A DNA stretch of 64,000 nucleotides, from contig WRKU01000001.1 of NCBI GenBank assembly GCA_009777935.1, forward strand, positions 67,770-131,769, in the 5' to 3' direction. Source of the DNA: Coriobacteriia bacterium (GTDB taxonomy: Bacteria > Actinomycetota > Coriobacteriia > WRKU01). The notes under the pieces are model-generated. The model was not told the DNA's origin. It was given only the letters and a program-made list of their open reading frames with translations, and made no database searches. Shown in pieces: positions 16,963 to 25,952 of the stretch. The first letter of the stretch is position 1. Every line of letters begins with the position of its first letter. Both the position numbers and the translations under genes were made by a program.

Positions 16963-19239
16963 TTAAGCTCCCAACGTTTTGCGCACGTGCGCAATCGCGG
17001 CGTCGATGTGTGCCGTATCGTCGGCACCGCCCTGCGCCATCGTCGGCTTACCCCCACCGCGACCACCGAGGGTATCGTTAATATCGCGCACGAGTGCCGC
17101 GGCATCGAAGCCAGCGGCAACGGCCTTGTCGGTGCCGGCAGCAAGATAGATGGTCTTTTCTTCATCGGGATGTTTTGTGATGAGCACGACGGCGTCGAGA
17201 CCTTTCGCCCGTAGATTGTCCCAGAAGACTTTGAGCTCCTCGACCTCGCGCACGCGCTTAATGTGGGGAACGGCAACGCGGTAACCGTCTACCTCGAACA
17301 TGTCCCCCTCGATAATCTTTTCGACAAAGCCACTCGGCGATGATTTCACCTGTTTGAGTCGAGATTTCATATCTTTAATCTCGGCGACAAGTTCATCGGT
17401 CCGCGCGGCAAGCTTATCTTCGCGCTCAACGCTCCATCGATACGCCTCAAGACCGGTAACCGCTTCGATGCGTCGAAGACTTGCACCCACACTCGATTCC
17501 TTCACGATCCTGAAAGAGCCGATTTCAGAGGTGTGGCCCACGTGAGTACCGCCGCAGAGTTCCTTACTAAACGCGTCATCGAGAGTTCCGACGCACACCA
17601 CGCGAACGACCTCTTCGTATTTCTCCCCAAAGAGCGCCATCGCACCCTTCTCACGCGCCGCTTCGAGAGACATTGTGTCGGTCTCTACCGCAATATTTTC
17701 GGCTATCTTTTCGTTGACGAGTAGTTCGATGCGACGCAGTTGTTCAGTAGTCAGTGCCTCGAAATGCACGAAGTCGAATCTGAGCTTTTCGGGAGTCACT
17801 TCGCTTCCCGCCTGCGTCGCATGAGAGCCGAGCTCATCACGCAATACTTGATGCAACAGGTGAGTCGCCGTATGATTGCGCGCTCGGTACGGGCACGCAT
17901 CGTCGACAGAGGTATCGGTCGTGCTCTCAGCCATGTCCCACGAGGCATCCTTGGTGCCGGCGCGCGCACGTTCTTTTTGCTCGACCATCGCTGCATCGAA
18001 GCCAGCAAGATCGACGGTTACGTTGTGCTCAGCTGCAATCTCGACCGTGAGATCGATGGGAAAGCCGTAGGTATCGTGCAGCTCGAAGGCGATTGTGCCG
18101 GGAAGCTCTTTGTTTTTTCCGAGCTCAGCGAGTGCGCGGTCAAGGTAACCAAGCCCCGTACGCAACGTCGCCGCAAAGCGCTCTTCCTCGGCACCGACGA
18201 TACCGGCGATAAGATCGCGGTGTTGGCGCAGCTCAGGGTAGGCATCACCCATTATGTCGATGACCTTGTCGACCATCTCAATCATAAACGGTCGTTCGAT
18301 ATCGAGTAGGCGGCCATATCGCACGGCACGACGCAACAGACGGCGCAACACATAACCCCGTCCTTCGTTAGACGGCAGGACGCCATCGGCGATGAGAAAC
18401 GCGACGGCACGTGCGTGATCGGTAATGATACGCAGCGCGATGTCATCCTGCTCATCGGCACCATACGTGCGCCCACTGATAGCTGCCGCGAGCGCCATAA
18501 TGTCTTGCATGAGATCGATGTCGTAGTTTGAGCGCACATCTTGCAAAATTGCGGCCATGCGCTCAAGGCCGAGACCGGTATCGATGCTCTGCTTCTCAAG
18601 CGGCGTCATCGTGCCGTCCTCGGCGCGGTCAAACTGCATGAACACGAGGTTCCAGTATTCGACGAAACGATCACAGTCACAGCCTACCTGGCAATCTTCG
18701 CCGCAGCCCCACTCCTCGCCGCGGTCGTAGTAAAGCTCGCTACACGGTCCACACGGCCCCGTCGGGCCGGCCGCCCAGAAGTTATCCTCCTCGCCAAGGC
18801 GCACGACGCGCTCGGCCGGAATGCCCGTGCACGCGACCCACAGTTCGGCGGCCTCGTCGTCGTCGGTAAAGACGCTCGCCCACAGGCGCACGGGGTCGAG
18901 GTTGAGTACGTCGGTCGAGTACTCCCACGCCCACGTAATCGCCTCACGTTTGAAGTAGTCACCGAAGCTAAAGTTGCCGAGCATCTCGAAAAACGAGAGA
19001 TGACGACCGGTCGTGCCGATAATGTCGATGTCGTTGGTACGCACGCACTTTTGTGCGCTGACCGCGCGTACATACGGCACCGATTTCACACCAAGAAAAA
19101 CCGGCTTAAACGGTACCATCCCGGCGACCGTCAGCAGGAGCGAAGGGTCCTCAGGAACAAGCGAGGCGCTCGGCACACGCGTTGCGCCTTTCGCTTCAAA
19201 AAACGAGAGAAATGATTCACGAATGTCAGCGGTTTTCAC
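16963..19239 (-). CDS. alaS: Alanine--tRNA ligase, unusually short at about 758 aa
   Basis: GTG 19239..19237 gives (M)KTADIRESFLSFFEAKG. Class II core, HTATHLL/CGGTH editing motifs and a C-terminal DHHA1-like GGGKP are all present. The ORF-track start (19299) would overlap the upstream gene. Confidence 0.93.
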   Translation of the reverse strand: MKTADIRESFLSFFEAKGATRVPSASLVPEDPSLLLTVAGMVPFKPVFLGVKSVPYVRAVSAQKCVRTNDIDIIGTTGRHLSFFEMLGNFSFGDYFKREAITWAWEYSTDVLNLDPVRLWASVFTDDDEAAELWVACTGIPAERVVRLGEEDNFWAAGPTGPCGPCSELYYDRGEEWGCGEDCQVGCDCDRFVEYWNLVFMQFDRAEDGTMTPLEKQSIDTGLGLERMAAILQDVRSNYDIDLMQDIMALAAAISGRTYGADEQDDIALRIITDHARAVAFLIADGVLPSNEGRGYVLRRLLRRAVRYGRLLDIERPFMIEMVDKVIDIMGDAYPELRQHRDLIAGIVGAEEERFAATLRTGLGYLDRALAELGKNKELPGTIAFELHDTYGFPIDLTVEIAAEHNVTVDLAGFDAAMVEQKERARAGTKDASWDMAESTTDTSVDDACPYRARNHTATHLLHQVLRDELGSHATQAGSEVTPEKLRFDFVHFEALTTEQLRRIELLVNEKIAENIAVETDTMSLEAAREKGAMALFGEKYEEVVRVVCVGTLDDAFSKELCGGTHVGHTSEIGSFRIVKESSVGASLRRIEAVTGLEAYRWSVEREDKLAARTDELVAEIKDMKSRLKQVKSSPSGFVEKIIEGDMFEVDGYRVAVPHIKRVREVEELKVFWDNLRAKGLDAVVLITKHPDEEKTIYLAAGTDKAVAAGFDAAALVRDINDTLGGRGGGKPTMAQGGADDTAHIDAAIAHVRKTLGA

Positions 19240-19286
19240 AGGATAGTGCCTCACAGGGGTCTTAGACTGCGCGCGGGTGCTCGCCG

Positions 19287-19775
19287 CTATGCGCTCCACT
19301 GGTTGCGTGGCTTGCGTGTGCGCTTTTTCTTTGGCTTGCGTGACTTCGATTTTGGCTTGGCAGGCTTTGATGTGCCCGGCTGGAGGGTATCGGACTGCGC
19401 GTTGCCACCACGCAGACGCGCAGCAAACGCTGCGAGCGCACTGCCTCCCCCAAAAAATCCGTTAACGGTATCGCTGACCGAGCCAACGGTCACCGCGATT
19501 CCCTCGACGGTCTCAACGATCGTCGAGATGCGCGCGAGTTCGGTATTGACCTGCTCAACCGTCTCGTTTGCCTTATCGACGAGCGGCACAATCTGCCCGC
19601 GCAGTTCAACGACGGTCGTATTCGCCTCTTTGAGCGTCGTGTCGGCCGTTGCGAGAAGGTCGCGTGCCCGCCATAGCACGGCAGCAAGCACAACAAGCAC
19701 CACGACACCGGCAGCGGTCAGTAGCGCCAGAAGCCAACCCGTTACCGTTGGAGCATCCATTCCCAGTATCGTCAT
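19287..19775 (-). CDS. DUF948-like small membrane protein with a Lys/Pro-rich tail
   Basis: One N-terminal TM helix, a coiled-coil-like middle and a KPAKPKSKSRKPKKKRTRKPR tail. A small protein in this position upstream of alaS is seen in Actinomycetota (recalled from memory). GGGGAGAGG SD. Confidence 0.6.
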   Translation of the reverse strand: MTILGMDAPTVTGWLLALLTAAGVVVLVVLAAVLWRARDLLATADTTLKEANTTVVELRGQIVPLVDKANETVEQVNTELARISTIVETVEGIAVTVGSVSDTVNGFFGGGSALAAFAARLRGGNAQSDTLQPGTSKPAKPKSKSRKPKKKRTRKPRNQWSA

Positions 19776-19866
19776 GCCTCTCCCCTTTCACCCTCCAATA
19801 CCGCACATTCGTTGAAGTTAATTGTACCACCCTTAGGTGAAGATGCCGAATGTGCGAGAGACAGAT

Positions 19867-20928
19867 TCAGCCAAGAGAGTTGAGTGGAACAAGGAGGTCG
19901 CTGAGGTCGGTGCCCAAAACAGGCAGGTTATCGGTACAGCTACAGCCGAGTGGTGCATTGCCGTGCGCAAGATCACGTGCCATCTCGAGCACATCGCCCA
20001 TCACCGCACTTGCAGCCGCACCGGCACCGGCACCGGCACCGTAGAACATGAGGTCACCGACGGCATCACCGGTGACGTAGATAGCGTTATAGGCATCGTT
20101 TACGGCGGCGAGCTGGTGTTTAGTCGGCACCATCACGGGACGTACAAAGATTTCGATACCGGCCGTGGTACGCTTCGCAACACCGAGCAGTTTGATGACC
20201 GCATCGTTCGCGCGTGCCATCTCGATGTCGTCCAGTGTAATGTGTGAGATACCCTTTACCGGCACCTGATCGAGCGTCAGATGCGAATTAAACGCAATCG
20301 AGGCGAGAATGGCAATCTTTGCGGCAGCATCGTGTCCCTCAACGTCGGCCGTTGGGTCGGCCTCGGCATATCCGAGCTCCTGTGCCTGCATTAACGCCTT
20401 GTCGTAGGCGAGCCCGTCGCGTGTCATCGCAGTCAGGATGTAGTTTGTCGTTCCATTTAAGATACCCATGACCTGCGTAATCTCGTTAGCAATAAGCGAG
20501 CGTTTAAGCGGCTCGATAATCGGAATGCCGCCGCCCACACTTGCCTCGAAACGCACATCGCAGCCGTTCTGATCGGCGAGTGCAAAGAGCTCCTTGCCAT
20601 CTGTCGCCATGAGCGCCTTATTCGCCGTCACCACGTTACGCCCCGATTCGAGCGCACGCACGATAAGATCGCGTGCAATGGTCGTGCCCCCGATAAGCTC
20701 AATAACGATATCGAGCTCCTCGTTATCGACGACCTCAAACGCATCGGTCGTACAGATAGCCGCATCGAGACCCAGCTGTGCAAAGCGTGCCGACGTGCGA
20801 TCGGCACACATTGCAAGCTCAACCTCGATACCGAGACGGCGCGCAAAGTCATCGCGATGACTCGCAAAGATATCGACGACCCCGCCGCCAACGGTTCCGA
20901 GCCCTATCAAGCCAACCTTAATAGTCAT
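19867..20928 (-). CDS. hom: Homoserine dehydrogenase, short form with no obvious C-terminal ACT domain
   Basis: MTIKVGLIGLGTVGGGV...NGTTNYILT motifs. ATG 20928 lies 4 nt after the lysA stop. Confidence 0.9.
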   Translation of the reverse strand: MTIKVGLIGLGTVGGGVVDIFASHRDDFARRLGIEVELAMCADRTSARFAQLGLDAAICTTDAFEVVDNEELDIVIELIGGTTIARDLIVRALESGRNVVTANKALMATDGKELFALADQNGCDVRFEASVGGGIPIIEPLKRSLIANEITQVMGILNGTTNYILTAMTRDGLAYDKALMQAQELGYAEADPTADVEGHDAAAKIAILASIAFNSHLTLDQVPVKGISHITLDDIEMARANDAVIKLLGVAKRTTAGIEIFVRPVMVPTKHQLAAVNDAYNAIYVTGDAVGDLMFYGAGAGAGAAASAVMGDVLEMARDLAHGNAPLGCSCTDNLPVLGTDLSDLLVPLNSLG

Positions 20929-20932
20929 AGTG

Positions 20933-22306
20933 CTATTGTACCTTATCGAACACGTCACATCTCAGCAGGTCATCGTACGTCTCACGGCGCACAACCCATC
21001 GCCACTGCCCCTCTTTGACCCACACCACTCCCGGACGTACCTGCTTGTTGTAGTTGTTCGAGAGGCTCTGCGCATACGCGCCCGTTGCACATACGCACAG
21101 GATGTCACCAACCTCGGCCTCCTGCAGCGGCCCATCGCTGACCACGATATCACCGCTCTCGCAGTGCTTACCAGCTACCGTTGCCGTCGTCGTGCGTGGC
21201 CTGTCGGCCTTGTTCGCAATCAACGCCTCGTAGTGCGCATCGTAAAGCGACGTGCGAATGTTGTCGCTCATGCCACCATCGACGCTCACGTAGGTACGCA
21301 CGCCCGGAATCTCCTTGATGACCCCCACGGTATACAGCGTCACGCCTGCGTTGGCCACAATCGAGCGGCCCGGCTCAACGGCCATGCGCGGAACGGGCAG
21401 CCCGTGCTTGGCGCACTCTTCCTTGATGTCATCGATGACGACCTTGCCGTACTCTTGAATCGTCGCCGGCTCATCGGGCACGCCATAGGCCACGCCGAGC
21501 CCCCCACCGGTATCGAGCAGCCGCGTCTCAACGCCGACTTCACGCTGAATTTCGGCGATAAACGCCACAATAGTGCGAATCGCCTCACTAAAGCTCTGGA
21601 GCGCATATATCTGTGAGCCGATGTGAATGTGCAGCCCCTCGTAGTCGAGCCCCTCAAGCGCGACGGTGCGCTTGACTGCCTCAAGTGCGAAGCCCTGATT
21701 GAGGCCAAAGCCGAACTTCGAGTCCTCGGCACCGGTGCGGATGTAGTCGTGCGTATCAGCCTCAATACCAGGAGTAACGCGCACGAGTACCGGCTGTACG
21801 ATACCGCGTTCTACCGCGAGTGTCGAGAGCCGTTCAAGCTCCTCAAAGCTATCGACAACGATGCGGCCAACGCCCGCCTCAAGACACTCAATGAGCTCGG
21901 TATCGGTCTTGTTGTTGCCGTGCACGTAGATGTTGGCGGAATCAAAGCCAGCGCTGAGCGCAATGGCGAGCTCCCCGCCGCTACTCACGTCAAGACAACA
22001 CCCTTCGCGCTGCACAAGTTCAGCCATCGTACGGCATAAAAACGCCTTGCCGGCGTAGACGATATCGACCTCGTCCCAGTGATAGCGCGTCCATTTTACG
22101 TAGTCACGCAGCTGAGTCACGATAGTTTGTTCATCCATCACGTAGAGTGCCGTGCCGGCCTCATGCGCGAGCGCTACCATATCAACGCCGCCGATGACGA
22201 GATGGCCGTCGATGATCTCGGTCGTCTCGGGCAGCACGTTGAGCAAATCGGCCGCGGTCTTCATGTCGGCCACCGCAGGCGGACGCTGTGATACGGGTTT
22301 GCTCAT
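20933..22306 (-). CDS. lysA: Diaminopimelate decarboxylase
   Basis: Fold-III PLP decarboxylase motifs (YAGKAF, HIHIGSQ, DTGGGLGV, CESGD). argS-lysA-hom synteny. Confidence 0.93.
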   Translation of the reverse strand: MSKPVSQRPPAVADMKTAADLLNVLPETTEIIDGHLVIGGVDMVALAHEAGTALYVMDEQTIVTQLRDYVKWTRYHWDEVDIVYAGKAFLCRTMAELVQREGCCLDVSSGGELAIALSAGFDSANIYVHGNNKTDTELIECLEAGVGRIVVDSFEELERLSTLAVERGIVQPVLVRVTPGIEADTHDYIRTGAEDSKFGFGLNQGFALEAVKRTVALEGLDYEGLHIHIGSQIYALQSFSEAIRTIVAFIAEIQREVGVETRLLDTGGGLGVAYGVPDEPATIQEYGKVVIDDIKEECAKHGLPVPRMAVEPGRSIVANAGVTLYTVGVIKEIPGVRTYVSVDGGMSDNIRTSLYDAHYEALIANKADRPRTTTATVAGKHCESGDIVVSDGPLQEAEVGDILCVCATGAYAQSLSNNYNKQVRPGVVWVKEGQWRWVVRRETYDDLLRCDVFDKVQ

Positions 22307-22308
22307 GG

Positions 22309-24069
22309 CTACATCCTTTCCGGTGCGGCGATGCCGATAAGATTGAAGGCAGCGTGAAGGGTGATGCGCGTTGCGTCGCAGAGTGCGAGCCGCTCCTCGT
22401 TCGCAACGCTTTCTTCATCGATAACACGGCAGTGCGCATAGAAGTGGTGAAACGCGGCGGCGAGCTCCTCGGCGAAGTGCGTGAGCTTGTGCGGTGCGAG
22501 GTCGCGTGCAGCGAGCTCGACGATGTCGGGAAATTCGCTCAGCTTACGAATGAGAGCCGTTTCTGCCGTGTGCGTATATTCTTCCCCGAAATTACGAGTG
22601 CTCGAGGCGTCGTGTAAGCAGGAGTGCAAGCCGATTTGGCGCGGAGCGACCTGTTTCTGGTCGTGAGCACGAATCGTTGCGCAGTGCGACGAACTTAGAC
22701 GGCGTCTCGTGTGCTCGCACTTGCGGAGCAGACTACATATACGCGCATGGGCATATTGTACGTAATATATCGGGTTGTCGGCACTCTGCTCAGCGGCAAC
22801 GGCAAGGTCGAAATCGACCTGCTGGTCGGTCGAGCGACGCAAAAACCAGTAGCGCGTCGCATCGGCACCGACTTCGTCGACGAGCTCCTCGAACGTCACC
22901 ATCTCACCGGTGCGCTTACTCATACGAACCGGCACGCCATCGCGGAAGAGGTTGACGAGCTGGCCAATCACCAGCTCAAGCGCACCTTCATGGCCGAGCG
23001 CAGCGGCTGCCGCCAACATACGTGCCACGTAGCCGTGATGATCGGCACCCCAGATGTTGATAATCCGCTCGAAGCCGCGGTCGAACTTATCTTTGTGATA
23101 TGCAATATCAGCGGCAAAGTACGTATACGAGCCGTCGGCCTTCACAAGTACGCGGTCCTTGTCGTCACCGAAATCGGTCGTACGAAACCACCGCGCACCT
23201 TCATGTTCATAGAGGTAGCCGCCTTCTTGCAGCACGTCGAGCGTGCGCTCGATAGCGTTCGGCTCACCTTCATAGAGCGTACGCTCAGAGAACCACACGT
23301 CAAAGTCCACGCCGAAATCATGGAGAAACTTCTGCATGTGTTCGAGCACCATCTCATAGCCGAGCTCACGAAAATGTGTTTCACGTTCGCTTTCGGGGCG
23401 TTCGACCCACGCCTCGCCCTCGCGCTCTTTAATTTGCTCGGCAAGATCACGGACGTATGCCCCCTGATAGCACTCTTCCGGCATCGCAATGATACCGCCA
23501 CAGAGCTCGAGGTAGCGCAAGGAGAGCGAACGCGCAAAGATGTCCATCTGCACACCGGCATCGTTGATATAGAACTCGCGCTCAACGTTGTGTCCGGTGG
23601 CAGTAAGCAGGCGCGCCATGCTGTCACCAAGCGCAGCCCAGCGCCCATGCCCCACGTGCATAGGACCGACCGGATTGGCACTGACGAACTCAACCTGCAC
23701 CTTCTGCCCGGCACCGACATGAGAGCTACCGTACGCAAGGCCGCGTGTGAGGATATCGGCGACGATTGCGCCACGCGCGGTTGCCGACAGGTACATATTA
23801 ATGAAACCGGGGCCAGCGATCTCAACACGCTCGATATCGTCCGAGCGTTCAATGTGTATCGAAATAATCTCGGCAATCTCACGTGGATTGCGCCCTACCT
23901 GCTTGGCACAGCGCAACGCGATTGTCGAGGCCCAGTCGCCGTGCTCGGCGTCGCGTGGGCGCTCAATGCCCGCATCGGGCAGCTCAGTGGTATCGCCAAA
24001 GTCCAGCTCGCCGGCGGACACCGCAGCTGCAAGCGCATCGCTTACGAGGCGTTCAACGGTATCTTTCAT
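22309..24069 (-). CDS. argS: Arginine--tRNA ligase
   Basis: SANPVGPMHVGHGR (HIGH) and MSKRTG (KMSKS-like), with the C-terminal anticodon-binding domain ending APERM. Confidence 0.95.
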   Translation of the reverse strand: MKDTVERLVSDALAAAVSAGELDFGDTTELPDAGIERPRDAEHGDWASTIALRCAKQVGRNPREIAEIISIHIERSDDIERVEIAGPGFINMYLSATARGAIVADILTRGLAYGSSHVGAGQKVQVEFVSANPVGPMHVGHGRWAALGDSMARLLTATGHNVEREFYINDAGVQMDIFARSLSLRYLELCGGIIAMPEECYQGAYVRDLAEQIKEREGEAWVERPESERETHFRELGYEMVLEHMQKFLHDFGVDFDVWFSERTLYEGEPNAIERTLDVLQEGGYLYEHEGARWFRTTDFGDDKDRVLVKADGSYTYFAADIAYHKDKFDRGFERIINIWGADHHGYVARMLAAAAALGHEGALELVIGQLVNLFRDGVPVRMSKRTGEMVTFEELVDEVGADATRYWFLRRSTDQQVDFDLAVAAEQSADNPIYYVQYAHARICSLLRKCEHTRRRLSSSHCATIRAHDQKQVAPRQIGLHSCLHDASSTRNFGEEYTHTAETALIRKLSEFPDIVELAARDLAPHKLTHFAEELAAAFHHFYAHCRVIDEESVANEERLALCDATRITLHAAFNLIGIAAPERM

Positions 24070-25952
24070 GCGGCCTCCTCGGCAAACTGAGAATTGTAGA
24101 GATCAGCGTAAAAGCCGTCGGCAGCAAGCAATTCCTCATGCGTGCCGCTTTCAACGATGCGCCCCTCGTCCATCACGAGGATAACGTCAGCATCACGAAT
24201 CGTCGAGAGACGGTGTGCGATGACGAAGCTCGTGCGTCCCTTCATCAGCCGACTCATCGCCTCTTGGATAAGCCGCTCGGTACGCGTGTCAACGCTCGAC
24301 GTCGCCTCGTCGAGAATCATAATCGGCGAGTCGGCCAGAATGGCCCGCGCAATCGTGAGGAGCTGGCGCTGGCCGACGCTGATGTTGTCGGCATCTTCGG
24401 CAAGCACCGTCTCGTAGCCGTTCGGTAGCACGCGAATAAAGTGGTCGGCCAGCGCCGCCTTTGCAGCCGCCTCAATCTCACCGCGTGAAGCTCCCTCGCG
24501 CCCATATGCGATGTTCTCGGCAATCGTGCCGTTAAAGAGCCACGTATCCTGTAAGACCATACCAAACAACGTGCGCACGTCGGCACGCGTCATCGTCTGT
24601 GTATCGACCTCATCGACCGCAATACGTCCCTTATCGATTTCGTAGAAGCGCATGAGCAGGTTGACGATTGTCGTCTTGCCTGCACCGGTCGGGCCGACGA
24701 TAGCGACCATCTGTCCCGGCTTCACCTCAAGCGTAAGGTTGCGAATAAGCGGCTTGTCCGGCGCATAATCGAAGTCAACCGCATCAAACGCCACGGCACC
24801 CTGCGGCGAGGTAACCGTGCTCGGATGAGGTACGTCAGGTGCCTCTTCGTCTTCTTCGAGAAGCATGAAGACGCGCTCGGCGGCGGCAATGGTTCCTTGG
24901 ATGACGTTTGCCATCTGTGCAACCTGCACAATCGGCTGCCCGAACTGCTGCACATATTGGATGAACGCGAGAATGAGACCGATTGCCAGCTGCCCAGACG
25001 CGGCGAGCATCGCCGCATAGACGACGATGATGACGTATTGGATGTTATTGAGGAAGTAAACGATAGGCATCATTACGCTCGAGGCAAACTGCGCCTTCCA
25101 CGCACTACCAAAGAGCGTATCATTCGTCTTCGAGAACTCCCGAACCGAAGCCTCTTCGCGGTTAAAGACCTTGATGATGTTGTGCCCGCCGTAGTTTTCC
25201 TCAATCTGCCCATTAAGCATGCCGAGGAGCTTCTGCTGTGCGCCAAAGAACTTCTGCGAACGCGGCGCAATGAGTGCGGTAGCCACGATTGTGAGTGGCA
25301 CCACGATAAGCGAAACAATCGCAAGTTGCCAGCTAATAACGAACATCATAATGAGGATACCGAGCAACATAAAGAGCGACATCAGCGTCTGCGCCATAAC
25401 CTGTTGCAGATTCGTACTCATGAGATCGATATCGATAGTAATCTTCGAGAGAATCTCGCCATACGTCTGTTTATCGAAAAACGACAGCGGAAGCCGGTCG
25501 AGCTTTTCCGAAACGCGGCGGCGCAACGAGCGCACGAGGTTTTGCGTAATGGTAACGGTCAGCGACTGCTGGACATACGTCAGGAGCGCACCGGTCACGT
25601 AGAGTACAATGAGCGCCAGCATGACCGCGCCGATATAGCCGAAATCGATGTCGAGCGACGTCATACCCTGCGCCTTGACGAGCACACCCTCCTGCAAGCC
25701 CTCGGCGAGGCGGTTGGTCGCAAGCGACATCACCTTAGGACCTGCGACGAGACAAGAGACACCGGCGATGCTAAAGAGCGACGCAACGGCGAGCTTAATG
25801 TTGTCGCTGCCAAGCGCACGGAAAAGCTTGGCCGTCGTCGCACGGAAGTCGGCCGCCTTCTCAGTTGACGGTGCGGCGTGCGAACCCGGACCAAAGCCCA
25901 TCGAGCGACTCGCCTTCGGCCGCGTATCGTCTGACGGTAGCGTGCTAGCCAT
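24066..25952 (-). CDS. ABC exporter permease/ATPase, consensus-ATPase half of a heterodimer
   Basis: Six-TM domain plus NBD. Walker A is GPTGAGKTT, Walker B is IMILDEATSSVD and the H-loop is IAHRLST. The ABC signature is degenerate (ISVGQ). Confidence 0.9.
   Translation of the reverse strand: MASTLPSDDTRPKASRSMGFGPGSHAAPSTEKAADFRATTAKLFRALGSDNIKLAVASLFSIAGVSCLVAGPKVMSLATNRLAEGLQEGVLVKAQGMTSLDIDFGYIGAVMLALIVLYVTGALLTYVQQSLTVTITQNLVRSLRRRVSEKLDRLPLSFFDKQTYGEILSKITIDIDLMSTNLQQVMAQTLMSLFMLLGILIMMFVISWQLAIVSLIVVPLTIVATALIAPRSQKFFGAQQKLLGMLNGQIEENYGGHNIIKVFNREEASVREFSKTNDTLFGSAWKAQFASSVMMPIVYFLNNIQYVIIVVYAAMLAASGQLAIGLILAFIQYVQQFGQPIVQVAQMANVIQGTIAAAERVFMLLEEDEEAPDVPHPSTVTSPQGAVAFDAVDFDYAPDKPLIRNLTLEVKPGQMVAIVGPTGAGKTTIVNLLMRFYEIDKGRIAVDEVDTQTMTRADVRTLFGMVLQDTWLFNGTIAENIAYGREGASRGEIEAAAKAALADHFIRVLPNGYETVLAEDADNISVGQRQLLTIARAILADSPIMILDEATSSVDTRTERLIQEAMSRLMKGRTSFVIAHRLSTIRDADVILVMDEGRIVESGTHEELLAADGFYADLYNSQFAEEAA

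Noticed and set aside
16629-17276. 215-aa minus-strand ORF spanning the alaS/ruvX junction in another frame
   Set aside because: It overlaps two well-supported genes out of frame, and its Ser/Arg/Pro-rich composition is typical of an off-frame artefact.
22560-22740. Odd Cys/His/Arg/Ser-rich ~45-aa stretch in ArgRS (CEHTRRRLSSSHCATIRAHDQKQVAPRQIGLHSCLHDASSTRNF) that looked like a compensated frameshift
   Set aside because: I translated the other two frames across this interval. One hits a stop within 8 codons and the other gives nothing more ArgRS-like before stopping. The flanking conserved blocks (YAHARICS..., ...ALIRKLSEFPD) are in the same frame. It is probably just a variable linker, but I cannot exclude sequence error.
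22711-24090. 459-aa ORF on the plus strand
   Set aside because: It is entirely antisense to the well-supported argS gene. Its composition (Arg/Ala/His-rich, no recognisable motifs) is typical of the long shadow ORFs that GC-rich coding DNA produces.
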